This document shows, one piece after another, positions 33,077-46,863 of a DNA stretch of 64,000 nucleotides. The notes under the pieces are model-generated. The model was given only the letters and a program-made list of their open reading frames with translations, made no database searches and was not told where the DNA came from. The DNA is from the human T2T-CHM13v2.0 reference genome, Homo sapiens: the NCBI RefSeq assembly GCF_009914755.1, contig NC_060935.1. One strand, given 5' to 3'. The number at the start of each line of letters is the position of its first letter. Positions within the stretch are counted from its first letter, which is position 1. The position numbers and the translations under genes are program-made.

Positions 33077-33869
33077 GAAATTATGTCTAACGTCTCTTCC
33101 AACTTTATAACGTTCTACTCTCTTCACCTGGAACTGTATCGTTAACCAGGTCCAACAGGTGAAAAACCTAATAAGGTTGCCTACAAAGTCATTATACACT
33201 AAGGTTTTAAAAAGGAAAGGGCAAGGATATGGTCATCTCGTTACAGGCAATGCCCTAGCTGTGATTTGGGAATCAACTCACCACTCTCTACTTGTTGATG
33301 AATCTGTTTTCCAACCTCTTGCTAACTAATAAGAAGAAACAAACAAATATACAAATCAAAAACCAAAGGCATTGTGTTTTGGAGAAAGCATTTGGATATC
33401 TGAAGAAAGCTTTATCTCAGATAACATGACTTCAATCTTCCTATCATTGAACATCAAACCACAGATGTGAAATTAATTAGATCAAAGATACACTGCAATG
33501 TTTTCTTCTCTTTTTGTGAAAACTAGCTGGCTGAAAAGTAATTTTTATGATGGCTGGCTTTCCGACCGTTATAATATTTGGAATAGGTGAGTTAGCTGTT
33601 ACTAGCTTTTTGTAAACACAAAAATTTAAAACTTCTACAGACTATTAGAATCACCTTAAAATTAGGACAGTTGGAGCTTTTTCCTCATATGCTTCAAGAT
33701 TTAGATTGAACACCTCAAATATACTTCCTTTTCATGGTGGAGTTTCAAGTACTTATCACCCTAGATGCCTTCAGTCACTTGGGGACTTCTGATAGACGGT
33801 GGTATTAAAATCTACTATAGATTTGCAGTAGATTTTTATCTATCTTAAAGTAGATTTGCTTTCCCCTAG

Positions 33870-34122
33870 ACCATGCATTCTCAAAAGGAGTCATACTGCC
33901 CTAAGAGGCTGAAAATTGGTTCTGGGGCAGGGAGGAATGAAGAAAATCTCCCTCTTTTTATGCATAAATCACAGATACACATGATATATAAACATATACA
34001 ATATATTCATGACACTAAAACATTAAACTTTCGTGTGGGGAGGAGAGGAGGGTCAGGGAAAAAAAAAAAGCCTAAGAAGATTCCTTAAAGTTGTGTAATG
34101 AAATAAAGGTTGAGAAACAATG
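33870..34122. mobile_element. hAT-type MITE (family unassigned)
   Basis: Imperfect TIRs CATGCATTCTCAA...TTGAGAAACAATG. Confidence 0.5.
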
Positions 34123-34499
34123 CCCCAGACAGAATACAGTGATACACAGTAAACCTTTTTCAGAAAAATATTGTCATTTGTGCTAGCATAACCTGGAAAG
34201 GAATCATTACAGATAATTCATGGCATTTCATAAAACATTATACCTCTGTATAGCACACACATGAGATGGGGCTGTTAAAAGCTAGATTACCTCTATAATA
34301 AGTGTTTAAGTTATAATGTATCTCAAAATAGTAATATCTAGGATACATTATCTTCTGCTCTTAACAACATGCCCCAACTTTGGCAATCTTGAGTTCTCAT
34401 TTTAGATTAGATTTGATGTATTCTGGTTTACTTTTGTCCCAAAAGTTCCAAAATAATGTAGTAAATAGTTGACTACTCTCATGTTCACTGATCATTATA

Positions 34500-35097
34500 T
34501 AGCAAGTCCTCGAATACCATCATTTTGTTCAATGTTTTTGTTATACTGCTGATGAGAGAAAAAAATCAATTTCTGGCTGAGGACACTGTATGTGTGGAGT
34601 TTACACATTTTCCCCATGCCTGCATGGGTTTTCTCCAGGTACACGTTTCTTCCCAAACTCCAAATATGTGCACGTTGTTAACTGGTGTGTCTAAATTATT
34701 ACAGTGTGAGCATGAGTGAGTGTACGTGGGCGTGTGAGTGCTCCCTTCAACAGAATGACATCCTGCCCAGGGTTAGTTCCTGCCTTGCACCCTAAGCTGC
34801 TGGGATAGGCTCTAGCTACCTGCAACCTTGAACTGGACTAACTGGGTAAGTAATTATCTTGTTTTTATTAATCCATCTTAAATGTATATATAGCTTACAT
34901 GTATTTCAATGTTTAATATTAGAAGTGTTTTGGACTTTATTTACAAGTGTGGTGATATTTTTGTGACCAAAAATATGCTGAAGAAATTCTTGTATATATC
35001 AGTTAGCCTATGGTAAAATTAGTTTGATTATATATCATTTTGCTTAAAGTTGCAGTTTTCAAGAACCTATTGAACCTATTAAATTAGGCCTTACTAT
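34500..35097 (+). mobile_element. MER6A Tigger-family element
   Basis: AGCAAGTCCTCGAATA start, GTGTGGAGTTT...GGGTTTTCTCC interior, ~600 bp. Confidence 0.75.
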
Positions 35098-35191
35098 ATA
35101 TATATGATTAGTATCTGCCTACAAAATGTTTATTTATCATCATTAAGTATCTGACTATAACCAATTCTCAGTCAGGTAACAGGAAATTTTA

Positions 35192-35569
<378 letters not shown>

Positions 35570-36569
35570 CTAGGCACTAATCATCTCTTATCAGTATAAT
35601 ACAAATCGTTATTCTACAACTAATATTAGTTATTACTGTTTTTTCCTTTTATTCCTAAAAACAACTTAAGAATAAAAGAAGTGTATTTTTTTGTGTAAAC
35701 TTACTGACAAAGGTCCCTGAATAGGTAAGAAAGTATGCCTGAGTTTCCTTCTTAACATAATATTATCTTCAGCCTACTTTTATTATAAGTGGAGGTGGTA
35801 ATGAGTAACTAAATGAATTGAAGGGGAAACAACCGAAAAAGAGAAGAAAGGATAAGATCCTAACTATATGAAGGGTATTTTTTCTTCCTACTTGTAGAGA
35901 GGGAAAGATAAAAAGAGAGGTTTAAAGCAAGCAAGAGATAGTAAAGCACGCTATGTGAAAACATCTCCTTCACATATTTTATTATTTCCTAGAAAGATTA
36001 GTAATTTAATGTTCTTTAAGCATGCAAATAATTCTTAGGAAGCCGTACCTTATGTTGTCTTATATTACTAGATCCACAAATAACAGGGACAAGGTTTCTG
36101 TCTATAAAGTTACAATTTACTTGGAGATAGAAGATATATACACAAATAACTGTAATGCAAAGCAAAAATGGTAAGAAAATAGAGCTGACTCACTTCATGG
36201 GAAGGGAGGGGCTGGAGAAACCACTACTAAGCTTGGAAATTATGTGATGTTTGAAGGTGCAGATGAGTACTGAAGGATGGTTGGGAATCCCAAAGAAGCT
36301 GACAGAAAGTATATATGCAATCATATTTGGGGAACATGTCCAGTTTGGATGCAGCACAAGGTTTATGAAGGGTAACAGTTGGAGATACAACAGAAAAGAC
36401 AAAATGGGTAAGGATCATGAAAAGTTTTAGACAGCAATGAGTACATATATTATTAAATAAACAAAGGAGTGTCATAATCAGAGCCATACTTTTGCAAATG
36501 TTTTATTAAATATCTATGTTTTGGTGATATAAAGGTGAATAGAACCAGCAGCTCTTGACCTGTTAGGGG

Positions 36570-37053
36570 TGTGTCAGTTTTGGTCCTGTTTGACCTCAAA
36601 CACGTTCTTGACCCTTCTGTCGCTCTCTACTGTATGACATAAAGCTTGACTCTATATAGGCAATGTTCCCCAAGCTCTTCTGTCGGCCTGCTACTGGCTG
36701 GGCTCAGTAAATAGGAAGCACTGGTGGGAGGCTGGAGGGCAGGAGGAAGCAGCCATATTTTTCCCCCATTCCCTTTCTGCCTCAGTAGAGTCTCCTCTAA
36801 GACTACCACTCCCTCATCAGACAAGTCTTCCACGTTCCGCAGTCAAACCAGCCTCTTGATTGCTTCCTCTCTCCTTATCCTTCTCATTAGCATAGTGGCT
36901 TCCTACTGTTGCTAACCACTGAGATGCCTTAGTTGTAAGCTGCTGGGCGTCTTAGCTTTTCTCTCACCAGTGTAAACGAATTCTCTCATTAAATCTTTCC
37001 ATGTTAAATACTCAGAATGGTTTCTACTTTTTTTACTGCATGCTGTCTCATAC
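36570..37053 (+). mobile_element. LTR33-like ERVL solo LTR
   Basis: TGTGTCAG start, GGAAGCACTGGTGGGAGGCTGGAGGG, ends ...CATACA. Confidence 0.6.
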
Positions 37054-38643
37054 AGAAGGTAACAAATCTATTCAAGAAAACCTTCACAGATGATAGTTTT
37101 GGGGACTCCCAGAACTCTTGAAGCTTGTCCATTCATCCATGACTAAGACTACTAATAAAACAAAAAACCAAGTAAGTTTCAAATTGGGAAGATGAAAAAG
37201 TTCCAGAAACTGATGGTAGTGATGGTTGCAGAAAAATGTCAATATAGTTAACACTACTGATCTGTACATTAAAAACAAACAACAACAACAACAACAACAA
37301 CAAACTCATTGTTTTGGGCTTTAAGAACTATACATTTTTAAGTGTTGAATTTTGTTAGTATATTTTATCAAAAAAAAGTAAACACACATCTACAATGAGA
37401 CATGATAAGGTTGTAACAGAAGTACAATGCTATGGCAACATTTAAGAAGTACTGACTGTACTTGCTGAATGAAGTTTCAGAGATCAGGCATGACCTGAAC
37501 CTTGAATAGAAGTGTACTAGGAAGCCAAAGAGAAGTAGAATACATACAAGAATTTTCAAAGAAACTTCAATTCGTTTGGCATGTCTGCAGCATAAAACAG
37601 ATGTTAGGAAGTTGAGATCAAGTTGGAGAGGTAGGTAGGATCAGTTCCACAGAGCACCTTGAATAAATAGATAAAAACTGAACTGATGGCCCAGAGGCAA
37701 CAAACACTTTGATGTATTCTGGCCCACACAACATTTTGTAAAATCCCAGCAAGGCAATAAGGGCTACTTAAGTGGAGTAGTGAGATGCAAAAGTCAGAGT
37801 GCAGTATCCTGAAGGATAAAAGGTAGGTGAAGAACAGCAACTAAGTGGAATTCATTGTTCTTTGAATAAATTTGACTTGTGAAAGGGTGACACAGAACAT
37901 AAGACAGAATGTTCTGTTTAATGGGTGTCTAATGTCTAGTGGGGTCCAGAAAAGTGTTTTTTTGTGTGTATGTTTAAGAATTTAAAAAAAACCTAATTAT
38001 CTGAACACTAAGGGGAGAAAACTTAACTTCTCTATGTTCAGCAATTGGCACAGTGTTTGGAACATACTAGGCACCCAAAGATTTGCTAGAAAAAAAACAT
38101 TATGAAGGGACCAATAACAAGAGGAGCTGAAGATGGCGAGGGGGTACTGATAGGAAAAGAATCATGAGTAAATAATAAACCTCATATGAGAAAGATATAC
38201 ACGATATGTATCTATTTAAGATGTAAAATGATAAACGACAAAAGTAAGAGCATTAGGCATGGGGAGGCTTTTTTGTATTGTATACTCCTGCCCATCTGAA
38301 ATTTTTAGTAAGAATAGAATTATCTCAACTTTCAGACTAAAAGGTATAGTGTGAAAGCTTCAGGGAGATTTGTAACAACAGTAAATAAAATGAATTGCGA
38401 GGACAACTGTCTGGGAAGCCATGACAGAAGTCCAAAAGAGAAGTAATGGCAGGCACATTGCGGGATTGGTGGCAGTGAAAATGGAATGTGAATGACAAAG
38501 ATTTTTAAGATAAGAAAACCATGGCTGGCGTTTTTTGTCCATTAAATGAAAAGCAGGAAGTCAGCAGAGTAGCTGGTTTGTGGAGAAAGAATACTCACAC
38601 ATCGATGTGAATTATTTCAATTAGAAAATGATACTGCTTTCTT

Positions 38644-38884
38644 AGGGCTTTCTTAACTAGGGGTGATTCTGCCCTCCAGGGGACATACTAGCAATATCTA
38701 GAGACATTTTCACTGATCACAACTGGGTAAGGGTAGGGTGGGGAACGGGTGTCCTACTGTAATCTAGTGAATAGAAGCCAGGAATGCTGCTAAACATCCT
38801 ACAATGTTTGAGCACAGGATAGCTCCCCACAATAAAGAATTATGAGGCCCAAAATGTTAACAGTACTGAGGCTGAGAAACCATG
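38644..38884. mobile_element. MER20 (hAT-Charlie)
   Basis: GCCCTCCAGGGGACA...ATGCTGCTAAACATCCTACAATG...GCTGAGAAACC. Confidence 0.8.
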
Positions 38885-40041
38885 TTTAAGACTATAGTTA
38901 CCGAAACTCAACTAGATTACCAAACTGCCAAAACTCAGAATTCTTAAGCAAAAGATTAATCAGACATTAACAAAACATTAAACTTGTCATTAAGTTTCTT
39001 CAAAAATGGATGGTGGAACCATTTCCGTTTAACGTTTCCTGCAAAATGTGCTTATCAAGAGCCCTGCGCAAATAACATTTTTGTGGACAGCGCTGGGCAT
39101 TTAAAAGAGGCACAAGACAAATGGGTTTTCCGAACAATAAAATAATAGTAGTAATGGCTGTGAATACTATGGGAGGTTTCATCACAGATGCTTGCCATTT
39201 ACTTTTAGGGACGTCGCATACGACGTCCGTAAATTACTGGCTCGGGTTTTGAGCTTTACCTGGCTCTCGTCCCCTGTAGTACAATCCTCTTTATTCTTTC
39301 AGGGGACAAACAACAACAAAACCCGTCTCTCACACAGACAATACACCCTGACAGACAAGTGACCCACAAACAATCCCTCCTCAAATGAAGGTAAAACTAG
39401 GGCTAGAAAACGTTCAACTAATTTAAGGCAATTAACCCTCTGAAATTTTTCGCTGATCAAAGGAACAGGAATTGCTGTTTTAAAATATGCAACTGGCATT
39501 TCACACCTCTACACTGGACGACGTATTGCGTGGAGGATGGAGAAGGAAGATCACCCCTACTCCCAAATTCGTAGTTATAAGGGCGGGTTATTAGAAGGGC
39601 GCCAGGAAGGTCTCTCTACAAAGATGGGGGGCCGGGGAACTCCCTATTTGCCCTATTTTGGTCCCAACACTGAACCAAGGAAATTGCGCCCAAGGTTGAA
39701 GCACACGCAATCCGTCCGTCATGCAGACAAATGCTCTTTCAGGGGTCCTAATTAAGTGTGGAGGCCTGACTTTCCTTCCGAATCCGCCCCAGGTGTTCCA
39801 CCCCGAGCTTCCCCTCGGGCTTCCCCTCGCCACGCAGCCTCTGAAGAGAGGAGCATCTACATACAAAGAGGCTTAAACTGCCCAGAACCTCCGAATGACG
39901 AAGAATCACCGCCAGTCTCAACTCGTAAGCTGGGAGGCAAAACCCCAAAGCTTCCCTACCAAGGGAAAACCTTTGGCCTCAAAGGTCCTTCTGTCCAGCA
40001 TAGCCGGGTCCAATAACCCTCCTTCCCGCGTCCGCGCTTAC

Positions 40042-40078
40042 CCAATACAAGCCGGGCTACGTCCGAGGGTAACAACAT
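40042..40078 (-). CDS. NPAT: NPAT coding exon 1 (MLLPSDVARLVL-G, start of LisH motif)
   Basis: ATG at 40078-40076; 37 nt; donor G|gtaagc at 40041; peptide matches the NPAT N-terminus. Confidence 0.97.
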
Positions 40079-40373
40079 GATCAAAACCACAGCAGGAACC
40101 ACAATAAGGAACAAGACTCAGGTTAAAGCAAACACAGCGACAGCTCCTGCGCCGCATCTCCTGGTTCCAGTGGCGGCACTGAACTCGCGGCAATTTGTCC
40201 CGCCTCTTTCGCTTCACGGCAGCCAATCGCTTCCGCCAGAGAAAGAAAGGCGCCGAAATGAAACCCGCCTCCGTTCGCCTTCGGAACTGTCGTCACTTCC
40301 GTCCTCAGACTTGGAGGGGCGGGGATGAGGAGGGCGGGGAGGACGACGAGGGCGAAGAGGGTGGGTGAGAGCC

Positions 40374-40728
40374 CCGGAGCCCGAGCCGAAGGGCGAGCCG
40401 CAAACGCTAAGTCGCTGGCCATTGGTGGACATGGCGCAGGCGCGTTTGCTCCGACGGGCCGAATGTTTTGGGGCAGTGTTTTGAGCGCGGAGACCGCGTG
40501 ATACTGGATGCGCATGGGCATACCGTGCTCTGCGGCTGCTTGGCGTTGCTTCTTCCTCCAGAAGTGGGCGCTGGGCAGTCACGCAGGGTTTGAACCGGAA
40601 GCGGGAGTAGGTAGCTGCGTGGCTAACGGAGAAAAGAAGCCGTGGCCACGGGAGGAGGCGAGAGGAGTCGGGATCTGCGCTGCAGCCACCGCCGCGGTTG
40701 ATACTACTTTGACCTTCCGAGTGCAGTG
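40374..40728 (+). other. ATM: ATM exon 1 (non-coding; TSS variable)
   Basis: Recognised ATM 5'UTR ending GAGTGCAGTG|gtagg; start approximate. Confidence 0.88.
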
Positions 40729-41074
40729 GTAGGGGCGCGGAGGCAACGCAGCGGCTTCTGCGCTGGGAAATTCAGTCGTGTGCGACCCAGTCTGTCCTCT
40801 CCCCAGACCGCCAATCTCATGCACCCCTCCAGAGTGGCCCTTGACTCCTCCCTCTCCTCACTCCATCTTTCCTGGCCTCTCTCCGGGTGCTTAGCGGACT
40901 TGGCCAATAACCTCCTCCTTTTAAACGCCCTGAATTGAACCCTGCCTCCTGCGCATCCTCTTTTTGTGTCACCTTAGGGTTCAGATTTAACTACGCGACT
41001 TGACTAGTCATCTTTTGATCTCTCTCTCGTATTTAGTACTTTTAGTCAGCGAGCATTTATTGATATTTCAACTT

Positions 41075-41220
41075 CAGCCTCGCGGTTAAGAGCTTGGGCT
41101 CTGGAATCATACGGCTGGAATTGGAATTCTGTCAGTCGTGTGGCCGCTCTCTACTGTCTTGTGAAGATAAGTGAGATAATCTTGACCTGTGGTGAGCACT
41201 CGTGAGCGTTAGCTGCTGTA
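41075..41220 (+). mobile_element. MIR fragment
   Basis: GGTTAAGAGCTTGGGCTCTGGAATCA...GTGAAGATAAGTGAGATAAT. Confidence 0.55.
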
Positions 41221-41609
41221 TTTACCAGGTACAGATAAGACAACTACAGTGGATGATAATGTATGTGGTGATAGGGGAGTACTCTGATGGTAGAGGAGTG
41301 ACTTTGGTTCTCTGCAAACTCAGCCTGAGACTATCAATTCAGTTTGTGGTGAGACCTCGCAGTGTTACCTTGGCAGATGGTAGAAGCCTTCCAGATGGAA
41401 GGAAAAATGCGTGTAAAGGCACAAAGTGTAGAAGGACCCTGAAGCTCCAGCGTGAGGCCTGGCATTGAATGAAATATATTTTGTGGGTTTTCAGCTGCTG
41501 AAGTCATAGGAATGGATGAGACCAAGAAAACAAAGCTGTTTTTGAGGTATGAGCGGAAGAAGAGATATCAGGAGACTTTCGAAACAGTCATAACGGAAGT
41601 TAATATGAT

Positions 41610-41830
41610 CATTGCTAACATTTGCTGTGTTTCAGGCACTGTAAGCATGTATATGGGTCCTTAAAGGGACTCATAGAGGTAGGTACTAGTATTGTTTTTC
41701 CTTTTATCATTGAGAAACTGAGGTTTGAAGAGATTAGTGAACTTGCTCTAGATTATACAGTTTGTAAGTGGCTGAACCAGGATTTGAACTAATACAATCT
41801 GACTACAGAGGCCACACTCCTTAGCACTAG
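41610..41830 (-). mobile_element. MIR SINE hosting the 43-nt ATM exon
   Basis: GAGGTAGGTACT...GAGAAACTGAGG...GGATTTGAAC antisense MIR core. Confidence 0.8.
41636..41678 (+). other. ATM: ATM alternative 43-nt 5'UTR exon (MIR-derived)
   Basis: tttcag| and GAG|gtaggt; size matches the recalled small ATM 5'UTR exon. Confidence 0.7.
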
Positions 41831-42279
41831 AAAAGAATGGCATGCCAAGGGCAGAGTTATTTCTAGGAAGATGGGATATAAGCGTCATTGTCAAGTTGTG
41901 CAAAGGGGTCAACTTGGTTGAGATCTAAAAAGGAACACTGAATTCGTCAATTCAGAGGCTCGTAGGAAGTAGGAAATCCTTATCTTTTCGTTTGAACCTT
42001 GAGTGGAACCTAGATATTCTGGATTAATGTATAAGTGAAGTTCATCTTTATATGGTGACACTCATACTCTAGTTGACTACCTAATAGTTCCTCTGCCTTC
42101 TTTCAGTTCCGCCAACATACTGTGTTCTTTAACATTGTAGAACCCTTTGGCTATGCTAGTCTCCTTCCCTGAAGTGTTGGTCCTCTAGCCCTTTTTTTGA
42201 TTGGCACCAGTTAGTTCAGATCTTGGCTTTATTATAAACTCCTCTGAGATATATGTTCCCTGACAGTTTATCTAAAATG

Positions 42280-42490
42280 ATTCTCTCTACAGTTATTTTC
42301 TATTACTGTGTTTTTGTTTCCTCAGAGGCATACATCACAATTTGGAATTATGCATTGGTTTATCAATTTACTTGTTTATTGTCACCCTGCTGCCCAGATA
42401 TGACTTCATGAGGGTAGGATTTGTATCTGTTTAGTTCATTATTTGTCTAGCTATAAGTAGTAAATATTGTTTGCATCTATCAGTGAATGA
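42280..42490 (+). mobile_element. L2 3' end hosting the 88-nt ATM exon
   Basis: TTGTTTATTGTC...CATGAGGGTAGGATTTGTATCTGTTT...GTGAATGA matches the L2 tail. Confidence 0.65.
42326..42413 (+). other. ATM: ATM alternative 88-nt 5'UTR exon (L2-derived)
   Basis: tttcctcag| and AGG|gtagg; recognised from ATM transcript variants. Confidence 0.8.
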
Positions 42491-43004
42491 GCATCTTCTG
42501 TTTATGTAGATAATACTGAACTGTTTTGTTTTCTTCAAAGTAATCATTAAGCTGAAGGTAAGAAAAACAAGTTCAAGGAAGTCACACCATGGGGAAAAAA
42601 AAGTCAAGTTTAGGGCTGCCTCTTCCGGGAAGTGTCAAATCTTTAGTATATTTAGGAATAAAGGTGCCAAACCTTATGGTTCTTTGGATATTGCTAAGGT
42701 ATTTTCATTGGTTAGATTACCAGTTTCATTTTCCTTATTGACTCAAGAGGGCTTTAAACTGAGATTGAAGAAGTAAGAAGATTCCTAGATAAAACCATAA
42801 GGAATGGAAAAACAAAAATGATAATACTTGTCCACAGGAAGTATATAATCAAATGAAAAGAACTCAAATAACAATCTGTAATCTATAGCAGAGTAAAGCG
42901 GAAGTTGTAATAGTGTTGGGGGATGGGGGAAGTCAGAAGAACCACCAGTGAATATGAAAGGAGAAGAGAATCAGAGCCATCTGCTAATAAAATGGGTAGT
43001 CAGC

Positions 43005-44856
<1,852 letters not shown>

Positions 44857-45142
44857 TTATACTTTTATTTTAATCCTGCTACTACTGCAAGCAAGGCAAA
44901 CATTTTTGTGTTACAGCATTACTTGTATAGATTTTAAGAAAATCTCATTTTAAATACGGAAATGTTAAGAAAAATTATTGTGCCTTTGACCAGAATGTGC
45001 CTCTAATTGTACAGTTAAATCTAACTATAAATACTGCAGTATAAAATAATTATATACACATTTTTTCACACCTCTTTCTCTCTATATATGCATATATACA
45101 TATACATATATATACCTATATGTATTTTTTTTACAGACAGTG

Positions 45143-45163
45143 ATGTGTGTTCTGAAATTGTGA
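45143..45163 (+). promoter_or_regulatory. 6-codon uORF (MCVLKL*) just upstream of the ATM start codon
   Basis: ATG TGT GTT CTG AAA TTG TGA acc ATG. Confidence 0.8.
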
Positions 45164-45166
45164 ACC

Positions 45167-45238
45167 ATGAGTCTAGTACTTAATGATCTGCTTATCTGCT
45201 GCCGTCAACTAGAACATGATAGAGCTACAGAACGAAAG
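45167..45238 (+). CDS. ATM: ATM exon 2 coding part ([24 protein letters not shown]); exon starts at 45137
   Basis: ttacag| at 45136, accATGa, AAG|gtagt; 72 coding nt; TAN motif. Confidence 0.98.
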
Positions 45239-45315
45239 GTAGTAAATTACTTAAATTCAATTTTTCCTTGAAATGTGTGATTAGTAACCCATTATTATTT
45301 CCTTTTTATTTTCAG

Positions 45316-45428
45316 AAAGAAGTTGAGAAATTTAAGCGCCTGATTCGAGATCCTGAAACAATTAAACATCTAGATCGGCATTCAGATTCCAAACAAGGAA
45401 AATATTTGAATTGGGATGCTGTTTTTAG
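45316..45428 (+). CDS. ATM: ATM exon 3 ([12 protein letters not shown]...WDAVFR)
   Basis: ttcag| and |gtatt; 113 nt (c.73-185); preceding intron 77 nt. Confidence 0.98.
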
Positions 45429-46717
45429 GTATTCTATTCAAATTTATTTTACTGTCTTTATTTTTCTCTTTCATATTTATTTCTGTTGTGATATTACTTT
45501 TGTGTGTAAGTCTTAACATTTATCTTTGCTTCCTATATATCATTATGCCTTGCATATGAATTTGGCATTTAATATTTATCCAAAACATAATTTTTAAAGG
45601 TTGTTCATATAGAAACTTAAAAATTATAAATTATTTCTTCAATAAAATGTTTTAGACATATCTCACTCAAAATTGAGAGAGAATTTCTTTCATTTTAGTT
45701 AGTTCACAAGACTTCAGATTAGAGGAAAAAATTATAATAAATGTTAGGATATTATTTTCACACCTTTAAATATTACTCTGATTATAAGTAAATGCTGTGT
45801 GTTAAATTGTAATAAAACAAGTAAAAGGAAGATTGGAATACTTGTGTATGAATTTGGTTAAAAACAAAAAATACCTCGAACAATGAAAAAACACAACTGA
45901 TTGCTGGACAGGAGTGGCAAACAGGGTTGATGCATTTTTACATTGAGACATCATTTTCAACCGTGAAATCCATTTATAACTAGAAACAGATTGTAAGGAT
46001 TAGGAAAGATGAATAAAGTATTTTAAATACTGAGAGTATTAAATAAACTAGAAATAACATTTGTAGTCAAGAGGAAGTGTGTATTTAGTTGTCCTTCAGT
46101 GTTTATGACAGATTCTGTTTTATTTTTAGCTCCTGTTTGGTATTAGATTGACTGTTACAGATTTGAAAGCATATAAAATGAAACATGCATGCTGTTTTTC
46201 CTCTGATTTTCTAGTTTATTTTAAATACCACAAATATAATTACAACCTGAAGATGAATACTATTTTGTATAAGCTGATCTGGTAGGTCAAATATGCACCC
46301 AGCATTCCTGGCTAGTTATGAATATCTTCTAGGCAGGCTTAATTTATTGGCTGGCAACATTACCAACTGCCTAAGAAACAGGTAGATCCTGTACAGAATA
46401 ACAGAAGGAGTTGAGAGAGGATTGAGAGGGTCCTTACTAGCATTGTAAGCTTTTAATGACAAATTTAGAAAACAGGCAGTAAAGCAATAGAAAGTCATAG
46501 AAGATTAAGAGCTTTGCAGACCAGATATTAAATTGGTCTTGTAGGAGTTAGGCCTTGAAAGAGAGATTTAATTGTTTTATTTGTTTTTTTCAGCTGATGT
46601 AGTAATCTAAGCAAGGTGGTTTAAAAGTTGCTCTTTGTGATGGCATGAACAGCTTTTGAAATTATTATAATTTAAGTATTCAACGAGTTTCTGAAATTGC
46701 ATTTTGTTTTCTTGAAG

Positions 46718-46863
46718 ATTTTTACAGAAATATATTCAGAAAGAAACAGAATGTCTGAGAATAGCAAAACCAAATGTATCAGCCTCAACACAAGCCTCCA
46801 GGCAGAAAAAGATGCAGGAAATCAGTAGTTTGGTCAAATACTTCATCAAATGTGCAAACAGAA
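46718..46863 (+). CDS. ATM: ATM exon 4 ([13 protein letters not shown]...IKCANR)
   Basis: gaag| and |gtaagt; 146 nt (c.186-331). Confidence 0.97.

Larger units (their letters stand above)
39700..40960. promoter_or_regulatory. CpG island and shared bidirectional NPAT/ATM promoter
   Basis: GC/CpG-rich. CCAAT 40223-40227, ATTGG 40421-40425, CRE-half/ETS CGTCACTTCCG 40291-40301, GC boxes 40317-40324 and 40332-40339, NRF1-like 40434-40443 and 40509-40520, CCGGAAG 40595-40601. Boundaries approximate. Confidence 0.92.

Noticed and set aside
39537-40938. Multiple ORFs across the promoter
   Set aside because: Expected in a GC-rich CpG island; only the 37-nt NPAT exon is supported as coding
45075-45140. 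(CT)n/(AT)n tract and tandem ACAGACAG acceptor before ATM exon 2
   Set aside because: Ordinary low-complexity sequence; a 4-nt shift would only alter the 5'UTR
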